Below, piece by piece: positions 55,701-64,000 of a stretch of DNA of 64,000 bases. The position numbers and the translations under genes are program-made. How positions within the stretch are numbered: the stretch's first letter is position 1; every line of letters begins with the position of its first letter. Source of the stretch: Dictyostelium discoideum (Eukaryota); the NCBI GenBank assembly GCA_000004695.1, contig CM000154.2, positions 3,968,001 to 4,032,000 on the forward strand, written 5' to 3'. The notes below the pieces were generated by a model. It was not told where the DNA came from. It was given only the letters and a program-made list of their open reading frames with translations, and made no database searches.

Positions 55701-58700
55701 AACTAAAGCCATCAATATTTGCACGTGAAAAGAAAGCTTGAAGTAAACATTTCACTTTGGAATGACTATCCAAAACTGTCAATTCATAATAACATTGGTT
55801 CTCGGCTAATTTATCCAATTCAGTTGATTCCTCTTCACGTAAGGTAATATTTTCAAACTCGGATGAATTTGATAAAATATTTAAAACTTGATCTTGACCC
55901 AATTGATCATTCAACATTTCATTGAAAGTTTCAATCGATGGATGTTTAATATAATAATGTGAGGCGATTCTACCCAATTCTGTCATACCTAAATTTTCAG
56001 ATTGTTCATCGAAACGAGTCATTTTACATTGTTCCAATTTCTTTGCTGCTCTAATGATAATTTCACGTTTAAACTCTTCAAGTTGTGGATCTTTTGAACG
56101 TTGAGAACTTGGTATACCATACACCAATGGATTTTGAAGCATTCTAATGAATAAATAGGTATAACTTAACCAATTGACAGCTTCATTAACATTTGATACT
56201 GTTCCTAAAACAATCTCTGCATTTAAATGATCCTCAAGATTTGTAATGAATTTACTTTCAATTGGCATAGAACTTGACATTAATGAAAGATAATGATCCA
56301 ATTTATCCTTTGAAGTTAAAAGGAAACCTTCACCACTTGTATCGAATTGTGGACGACCAGCACGACCAAAGATTTGCATAACATCTGAAATTCCAAGATC
56401 CATAAAACCACCATTCTTTGCATTGTAAACTTGAGTACCTTTAATGATTACAGTATGAGCAGGTAAATTTACACCCCAAGCCAAGGTTGCTGTACAAACT
56501 AAAACCTTAATGGTACCATTGGCAAAGTATTTCTCAACCACATTTCTATCAGATCTTAGGAGACCAGCGTGATGTACGGAAATACCATGTTGAAATAATG
56601 ATCTAATCTCTTTACTCTTTACTTTTTCAAATTCTTTCTTTGCACCAAATGATGGTTCCTCATTAGAGAAACGGAAATGCTTTTCTTTTGCCATATCACT
56701 TAAAATCTCTGCACTCTTTACAGTATCCTTTCTAGAATGAACAAAGATCATAACTTGATGACCTTCCTTTAATGATTTCTCCAATCTTTCATAACATAAT
56801 TGATTCATATTATTTTTCATAACCATTATACCTTGATTATCTTTAACACCAATGAAATTTTGAGTTAAAGGTACTGGACGATAAGATGAATCGAAAAAGT
56901 GAGTACCTGAAGCTGGTGCTCTAATAAATCTTGCAACATCTTTATAGTTTGGTAATGTTGCTGACAAACCAACGATACGAATCATCTCTTGAGTGGTTTC
57001 AACTTGACGAAGTGTTCTTGCTACAATACACTCCAATACTGGACCTCTCTCTTCATGAAGTAAATGAATTTCATCGATAATGATTAATCTAACCAATTTT
57101 GTCAATGCAACATCACTACTTTTTCTTGTGATAACATCCCATTTCTCTGGTGTTGTAACGATGATTTGAGTCTCTTTAAGTTCCTTTTGAGTCAATTGCA
57201 TATCACCAGTTAACTCTTTTGATACGATACCTAAATATTTCAATGAATTTGAAAATTTCTCAACCATTTCACTTGCTAAAGCTTTCAATGGTGCAATATA
57301 AATGATCTTGAAATTATCTTTATCCAAATAACCATATGGATTGATATTGCTTTCAATCTCGTGTAAAATTGTCAATAAAGCAATATTGGTTTTACCAGCA
57401 CCAGTTGGAGCTGAAATTAAAATATTTTCATTACTCTTGTATGCAGATTCAAATACACGACTTTGAATACGATTTAATTTCTTTATACTACCAAATGCTG
57501 CTCTACTAATCTCTGCAATTGATTCTCCAATCTCTATTAATTTTTCATTATCTGCAAATGGTTTAGCCAATGAATATGGTACCATAACTTCAGTATGTGT
57601 GGTTTTCTCTGTTCTAACTGTACCCTTTGGCAATGCAATCTTACCACCGTATGGTAAATCTATACAAACATCACCACCTGTAAACTCTTTTTGATTATAA
57701 ATAGTTGGTTGTTCAAATGATTGTTGACTATGATCAATAAATTTAATTTGTTCTTCTTGATATTGTTGTTGCTGTTGTTGTTGTTGATCATTTTTATATC
57801 TCTTTTTATCATCTTTTTTTAATTGCTTATCAAAATCTTTTTCATCTTTTGTTTGAATTGAAAAATGATTTAAAGGACCAGAATGATTCGATGCTCTATA
57901 ACCAGATACAACAGAACCCAAAATACTATCACGATACTTTATGATATCTGCAATTAATTCTAAATGATCGAAACCTAATAATCCAATCATATCCTCTTCA
58001 ATTGTTTCTTTTTTATTTTTTAAAAATGACATTATTGTATTATAAATCTCTTCTGATGGTATACCTAAACCAATTGAAATTACACTACATTCCTCTCTTA
58101 ACCATTCAATTGTATAAGTGCTATCAACTACATTATTTGATTCTAAATTATTTGAACCACCAGCTGCTGCTAATTTCTTTAATTTTTTTGATTTTTTAAT
58201 TTGACCAGGTTGATGAATTAAAACCATATCACTTAGAGGTGTATTTATAAGTTTTTCTTTTTCCTTTTCTTTTTGTTCATCAAGATTATTATTAATTTTT
58301 GTATTGATGAAATGATTGATTTCATCGAAAATTGACATTTCATCATTATCTTCAAATTGTAATTGATATTTCGATGGTAATTGCCATTCCATTGATTCGA
58401 AAGAATCAATGGTTTGTACTGATTCATTGGATGCTTTTGAATCTGATTCAAATGGATTCTTAATTTGTAATAAAAGGCCAACTTGTTCACTTAATTTATT
58501 ATACATTGCTACTTTGAAAAATGAATGAAAAATTTGACGTAATGATTCACATTTTGATGCTTTATCTTTATGTGGATTTGCAACAATCATAAATGTTTCA
58601 TAAACTGCTGATGCAATCTCATCTGATGGTATTTCATCATCACCAATCATCTCTAAAACAATCTCTTTAAATTTATTAAAAATTTGTCTATTCTCTTTTT

Positions 58701-59033
58701 CTTTTTCTTTATTTTGTTCTTTTTTTTTTTTAATATAAATATTAAAAGTATTAAAAATTAAAAATTATAAAAAGTTAAAATTTAGTTTATTATTTTTATG
58801 TTTTTATTTATTTAAAAAAAAAACTTACTACTGTCACTAAAATAACTCCAAGTTAATTGACCTTTTTCAATAATTCTATCTTTTTCTTTTTTCTTTTCAT
58901 TTCTTTTTTTCATAATTTCTTTATTACGAGCAACTACTTGTTCATCAAAAGTTTGAGTATTACCATTTGTTAAAGATCTAAGTGTATTACTTATAGTGGG
59001 TTCAAATTTATTCTGATTATCAAATATACCCAT
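52336..59033 (-). CDS. ASCC3-type Ski2-like tandem helicase (activating signal cointegrator 1 complex subunit 3 ortholog), 2 exons: complement(join(52336..58718,58829..59033)), ~2195 aa
   Basis: Two DExH helicase cassettes, each followed by a Sec63 unit. Strings match ASCC3 rather than Brr2: [162 protein letters not shown]-like C-terminus (APLYSKDKDEGWIMVL). Exon 1 (MGIFDNQNKFEPTISNTLRSLTNGNTQTF...) matches the ASCC3 N-terminus (ALRSFSNVTKQ). It is joined through a GTAAGT donor and ...AAAAG acceptor in phase 1. Confidence 0.8.
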
Positions 59034-59142
59034 TCTTTAATGTTTTTTTTTGTTTTTATTTGTTTTTATTTGTATCTTTTATTTCTATCTCTATTCTTTT
59101 TAAAATATATGATTAAAAGTGAGTAATGTAAAAAAAAAAATG

Positions 59143-59173
<31 letters not shown>

Positions 59174-59179
59174 GGTTTG

Positions 59180-59214
<35 letters not shown>

Positions 59215-59523
59215 AAAAAGTAAAAAATGAAGAAAATGAGATAAATACCAGAAAATGTCCAAAATGGATAAAGTTAAAAAATGAAATAATTTTGTTTAAG
59301 GAAATGAGTTTGGAATGATTATATAATATATATACATCCAAATAATTTATTTATTTAATAATTTTTATTATATTGTTATAGATGAATAAACCTAAACTTC
59401 TTCTTAATTATCTTTTTTTTTAAAAAGTTATAAAAATTTCTTAAAAACCTAAAACTAAATTTAACTTTTTTTTGTTTTTTTTTTTTTTTTTTTTTTTTGT
59501 TTTTTCGACCGTTGAATAATGTT

Positions 59524-60450
59524 TTATTTATGTAATGGAGTTGTAATTTTCTTATCTTTATTTGCTTCATTTATATCTTCATGATAATTTGTAAATTCAT
59601 GATCACCCATCATGCCTTTAATAACTTTATCAGCATTATCTTCATCTCTTAATACTGATTTTTGACCGGCACCAGTGATGCCACCTTTTTTATTACGATT
59701 TTGATATTGAATATTTAAAATCTGTTCCTCTGTTAACTCTAAATCTTTACAACCATACACTTCAACATATTCAATTTTATATTCCGCTTGTGAGGATAAC
59801 ATAGTGTTACCATAGGTGCTTGCTCTTGGTTTACCATCACCATTACTTAATATTTCATCAGATCCTTTACTTTCACCATTTTCCATTAGGTGATCTATAG
59901 AGAATGCATATAAAAGTTCACCACCCATTGCAAAACCGTTGAATAATGTTTTAGAATCTGCATTGAAATATTGAAAACATTGATCTAGGCCTGTGGATCG
60001 GAATATCTCAATCTCAGGCTTCAATGTGAAAACGAAATTATTTTTATTTCCATAGAATTTTGGATACTTAATTTTTAAATTTTCGTCACAAAATCCACCA
60101 AAGATATGACCTTCCTCACCCTCCTCCTTTACAATGACAATAATCGAGCCTTTCTCTGTTGAATGATGTTGAAATCTATTGAATGAATGACCATCCCTTG
60201 ATGATGAAAATAATAATTTCCATGTTTCCCTATATGAATCATCTGGTAAATATCTTGATATCCATCTAATATGTTCATCATTTAATAATTTAGATTTCTC
60301 TGTTAATTCTGGTACTTTAACATAAAATTGATTTTTATTATTATTATTATTTATTTCATTTTTTTCTTGTTGTTCAATATTTGTTTGATTATTATTATTA
60401 TTATTATGATGATGATGATGATGATGATGTTTTGATGAAGATGATCCCAT
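59524..60450 (-). CDS. TLDc-domain protein (MEAK7/TLDC1-like), N-myristoylation consensus, 308 aa
   Basis: Starts MGSSSSK (Gly2, Ser6), then a His8 tract. The TLDc domain is WKLLFSSSRDGHSFNRFQHHSTEKGSIIVIVKEEGEEGHIFGGFCDENLKIKYPKFYGNKNNFVFTL...ELLYAFSIDHLMENGESKG...IEYVEVYGC. Confidence 0.6.
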   Translation of the reverse strand: MGSSSSKHHHHHHHHNNNNNNQTNIEQQEKNEINNNNNKNQFYVKVPELTEKSKLLNDEHIRWISRYLPDDSYRETWKLLFSSSRDGHSFNRFQHHSTEKGSIIVIVKEEGEEGHIFGGFCDENLKIKYPKFYGNKNNFVFTLKPEIEIFRSTGLDQCFQYFNADSKTLFNGFAMGGELLYAFSIDHLMENGESKGSDEILSNGDGKPRASTYGNTMLSSQAEYKIEYVEVYGCKDLELTEEQILNIQYQNRNKKGGITGAGQKSVLRDEDNADKVIKGMMGDHEFTNYHEDINEANKDKKITTPLHK

Positions 60451-60813
60451 TTTATTTATTTATTTATATTTTATATATGTATGTGTATATGTAAGTATTA
60501 AGTTTAGTTTTTCTTTTTCTTTTTTTTATGAAAAACAAAATGAGTTTTTTTTTTTTTTTTTTTATTTTTTATTTTTTTTAATATTAAAACATATTTTTTT
60601 TTTTACCAGGGTTATTTTTATTTTTATTTTTATTTTTTTTTTTTTTTTTGTTTTTTTTTGTTTTTTGTTTTTATTTTCTCATTAATATAAGAGATTTAAA
60701 AAATAAATGAAAAATCAATAATAATTTATAGTTATACATGTAAAAAAGTGTTTAGATTTTTATTTTTTTTTTTTTTTTTTTTTTTTGGCCAATTTTTTTT
60801 TTTTTTTTTTTTT

Positions 60814-61317
60814 TTACCAATTTAATAATTCATAACCCATCCAAAACATACTTGTACCAGCAACAATGAATGGTGAAATTGCATCTTTTATTCTACTTGT
60901 TTTATAAATGAAACATTCAGTTACGAAATGTCCACCAGCAATTAAGAATGAAACAAAAGTGCAAGCATATAATGCTTTATTGAATGGATTAAATGCTGTA
61001 GCAACACAAAGTGTAAAACTCATCATTGTCCAACTACCAAATAATCTACAAAATAATGGATTAACTTTTTTTTTAAAAAAAATAAATAAATAAAAATAAA
61101 TTAATAATTTTAGAAAATTAGAAATATTTTTTTTTTTTTTTTTTTTTTTTTTTATTATTTTTTTTTTTATTTGATAATAATAATAATAAGACATACTTGA
61201 TTTTTGATCACCAGAATAAACATTTGATTTAATTCTTGATTGATTAAAGAATGCTTGTGAAGCACCTAACAATCTTAAACTTGCAACAACTAAAAGCCAA
61301 ATTGAAATCTTTTGCAT
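60814..61317 (-). CDS. Hypothetical small four-TM membrane protein, 2 exons: complement(join(60814..61064,61197..61317)), ~124 aa
   Basis: Exon 1 MQKISIWLLVVASLRLLGASQAFF...GDQKS has a GTATGT donor in phase 1. The intron carries poly-A and poly-T. Exon 2 is INPLFCRLFGSWTMMSFTLCVATAFNPFNKALYACTFVSFLIAGGHFVTECFIYKTSRIKDAISPFIVAGTSMFWMGYELLNW. I am not sure of the family. Confidence 0.45.
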   Translation of the reverse strand: MQKISIWLLVVASLRLLGASQAFFNQSRIKSNVYSGDQKSSMSYYYYYQIKKKIIKKKKKKKKNISNFLKLLIYFYLFIFFKKKVNPLFCRLFGSWTMMSFTLCVATAFNPFNKALYACTFVSFLIAGGHFVTECFIYKTSRIKDAISPFIVAGTSMFWMGYELLNW

Positions 61318-61344
61318 TCTTATCCTTTTTGTGAAGCGAAAAAC

Positions 61345-61380
<36 letters not shown>

Positions 61381-61573
61381 AAAAAAAAAAAAAAAAAAAA
61401 GTGATTGGTTGTGAGTGAAAAAAAAAAAAAAAAAAAAAAAATTGAGAGAATTAAATTCCAAGTGATAAATATTTTTTTTTTAAACATTTTTATTTATTTA
61501 TTTATTTTTTTTAAAATTTTTTTTTTTTTTATTATCTTTGTAAATTATTATTTAATTTACTTGTTTATTTTTT

Positions 61574-62716
61574 TTAATTTTCTGCTTGTTGTTTATTTTC
61601 TTCTTGATTTTCTTCAGTTTGTTCAGTTTCTTCTTGAATTTCAACTTTTGGATATTGTTGAGAGGCTAATCTATATTTAAGTGGACGTTTAAGGATAGAA
61701 TTATAATCTCTTTTAACTTTTTCAGGTCTAACTTTATTGATGATGATAGATTTTTCAGAGGTGGATGGAGTACGTAAACTACCATCGATACCTTGAATTA
61801 AAACCATTGGATCAGGGTTAACTTTTTTAGTGAATGGATCTCTAGAGGTATCAACGAAAACTAAATTCTTTTTTCTTGGCATGAGATAGGTTGGACCTCT
61901 GAAATAGATTGGTTGGTCATCGAATGCCTCTGGTATTTTAGTTGGAACTTGGTGAATTGGGTCTGGTTTGCCACGAACGTTCTTTTTATTTTTAACATCT
62001 CTTTGATGGAGATAGTTTTGGTTGATTGAACGAGCATTGGAACCAACACCCTTTTGGAGTGAAAAGTTTTGGTAATCGTTCACCTTTTGGTTGTCATCCT
62101 CACCCAAATCGTCGTCATGGAAACGGCAGCCCCACTGTTCGGCCAAGGCGAGATCGAGTTCCTTGTGCACTGGGAACCCCCTTTCAATCTCTTGTTTTTC
62201 AATCTCTACGAAACGAAGTAACGCAACTACACGACCTGGATGAAGGGTGAAAACTTGTGACAAACGTTTGACGTCCCAAAACGATGGATCGTCATGGTGA
62301 AGTCTGTATAACTCATATTTGATCTCTGGATATAATGGTGGTCTGACATCCATTATCTCATCCTCCAATTCATTTAAATCATCATTAAGTTCTCTATCAA
62401 ACTCTTCCTCTGGTGTCTCTTCTACATAATTTTCATCATCTTCATCTTCATCATATTCTTCATCATCATCTTCATCATATTCTTCATCATCATCTTCATC
62501 CTCTGTGTTTCTTTCTTCAGATGAAGCTTCATTTAATAATTGTTTAGTTGAGCTAAAACTTCTATTTTGTTGAAGTTGTTGTTGATTATATTGTATGATT
62601 TTACTTTTATTATTGCTATTCTTATTAATTAATGTAATTGATGAATTGAAAATTATATTTCCATTGTTTAATGTTCTTTTAACTAAACACATATATTTAT
62701 GACTGTTTCTAATCAT
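61574..62716 (-). CDS. Hypothetical acidic protein with a basic N-terminus suggestive of mitochondrial targeting, 380 aa
   Basis: N-terminus MIRNSHKYMCLVKRTLNNG is basic/hydroxylated with no acidic residues. An acidic DE-rich block follows, then a conserved-looking core YELYRLHHDDPSFWDVKRLSQVFTLHPGRVVALLRFVEIEKQEIERGFPVHKELDLALAEQWG. I do not recognise the domain. Confidence 0.45.
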   Translation of the reverse strand: MIRNSHKYMCLVKRTLNNGNIIFNSSITLINKNSNNKSKIIQYNQQQLQQNRSFSSTKQLLNEASSEERNTEDEDDDEEYDEDDDEEYDEDEDDENYVEETPEEEFDRELNDDLNELEDEIMDVRPPLYPEIKYELYRLHHDDPSFWDVKRLSQVFTLHPGRVVALLRFVEIEKQEIERGFPVHKELDLALAEQWGCRFHDDDLGEDDNQKVNDYQNFSLQKGVGSNARSINQNYLHQRDVKNKKNVRGKPDPIHQVPTKIPEAFDDQPIYFRGPTYLMPRKKNLVFVDTSRDPFTKKVNPDPMVLIQGIDGSLRTPSTSEKSIIINKVRPEKVKRDYNSILKRPLKYRLASQQYPKVEIQEETEQTEENQEENKQQAEN

Positions 62717-63075
62717 CTTTTTTTTTTTTTTTTTCCTAAAAAATATATATATTATATAAATATATTTATATATATATAATTTATTTTGATAAAAAATGAA
62801 AATATATTAAAAAAAAAAGATAAATTTTACAATGAAAATATATTCAATGTTGTCGTTTTTTATAAAAAAAAAAAAAAAAATAAAAATAAAAAATAAAAAA
62901 AAAAAAAAATAAAAATTCATTTTTTTTTTCTTTTTTAAAAAAAAAAAAAAATAAAAAAAAATAATTTCAAAATTATGTTTGTTTATAAAATTATAATTTT
63001 TTTTTTTTTTGATCATTTTTTCAGTGAGAAATATTTAATTAAAGTATTAAAGATAAAAATAAATAAAAATTAAAC

Positions 63076-63107
<32 letters not shown>

Positions 63108-63676
63108 TAATTTTAATTGAAGTAATAATAGAATTTGGAAAAAAAAAAAAAAAAAAAAACCATTTTTAAAATTTTAATTATTAATAATGGGACCGGGGAA
63201 AAAAAAAATTTTTAATTAAAAAAAAAATTAAAAAAAAGGGCAAAACCCCCTTTTTGATATTTTTTTAATTCCTAATTTTTTTACTTTTTATTCCTTTTCC
63301 TTGTATTAATATGTTTTTTTTATAAAAAACCATCTTTTTTTTTTATTTATTACTTCTTCCTGTGCAATAAATAATTAATTTCTTTTTTTATGTATGTATG
63401 TATGTATATGTATGTATGTGTGGGTGTAAACAATTGATATTTTACACATTAAATATAAATCTCCAAAAATTATTACTGTTATATCAATTCTTAAAAAGAG
63501 AGGAAAATAAAAAAATTTCTTTATAAAGTATACTTGATAATAAATTTGATTTCTTGGGGGAATTAAAATTTTTTGATATTTTTTATTTTTTTTTTTTTAT
63601 TTTCGTTTTTAAATTAAAATTAATTTTTTTTTTATTTTATTTTGAGTCACACACAAAAAACACTTTCAATAATTTT

Positions 63677-63766
<90 letters not shown>

Positions 63767-63906
63767 TAATAATTAAATAATTTTTAATTTATCTTCTTTT
63801 TCTTTTTTTCTCTCTCTCTTTTTTTTTTATTTATTTAATTTTATTTCTTTTTAAATATTTTTATATATTTTTTTTTTTTTAAAAAAAAAAATAAAATAAA
63901 AAATAA

Positions 63907-64000
63907 AATAAAAATGGAAAATTTTAATTATCCAAAATTAAATTTAATTAAACCAGTACCATCCGATATTGAAATTGCATCATCAGTTGAACCATTACCA
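63907..64000 (+). CDS. Formate--tetrahydrofolate ligase (FTHFS domain of C1-THF synthase), 5' end only; continues beyond the window
   Basis: MENFNYPKLNLIKPVPSDIEIASSVEPLP matches the conserved start of the FTHFS domain (L..PVPSDIEI...). Confidence 0.55.

Noticed and set aside
52336-58650. Identification as Brr2/SNRNP200 spliceosomal helicase
   Set aside because: The architecture is shared, but the diagnostic sequence strings match ASCC3. Reciprocal BLAST would settle it.

Overview
This window is eukaryotic nuclear DNA, roughly 75-80% A+T. It has very long homopolymer and (AAT)n runs, poly-Asn/Gln/Ser coding tracts and short GT..AG introns with GTAAGT/GTATGT donors. It also carries an FNIP-repeat gene and two tRNA genes, each followed by an external B-box and flanked by poly(A)-terminated non-LTR retroelement fragments. 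Together these point to Dictyostelium discoideum or a close dictyostelid, so there are no operons, CRISPR arrays or prokaryotic defence islands here.

I can support about 28 protein-coding genes, many with 1-5 short introns whose splice sites I placed by reading frame and phase: an SDR oxidoreductase, SSRP1/Pob3 (FACT complex), a tripeptidyl-peptidase I (sedolisin), an FNIP-repeat protein, a ~1886-aa BIG-type Sec7 ArfGEF, a PH-domain coiled-coil protein, one reading frame that fuses the ALG13 and ALG14 domains, an SFT2 vesicle protein, a Cu/Zn superoxide dismutase, a large LRR protein, a TRAF-type RING protein, a Piwi-clade Argonaute, a divergent pair of paralogous membrane proteins built from a repeated module, a tandem-GNAT acetyltransferase, an ASCC3 helicase, a TLDc (MEAK7-like) protein, a possible mitochondrial acidic protein, and the 5' end of a formyl-THF synthetase.

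RNA genes and mobile DNA: tRNA-Asp(GUC) on the plus strand and an intron-containing tRNA-Ala(UGC) on the minus strand. A TRE5-type fragment ends about 48 bp upstream of tRNA-Asp. A TRE3-type element begins about 90 bp downstream of it and contains a 100-N assembly gap. A second poly(A)-terminated fragment lies downstream of tRNA-Ala.

The most interesting observations are the ALG13-ALG14 fusion in the opposite order to bacterial MurG, the retroelement sandwich around tRNA-Asp, the divergent paralog pair with an internally duplicated module, the duplicated ~440-bp promoter/5' segments with decayed ORFs between them, and a GC-rich island inside one coding sequence.
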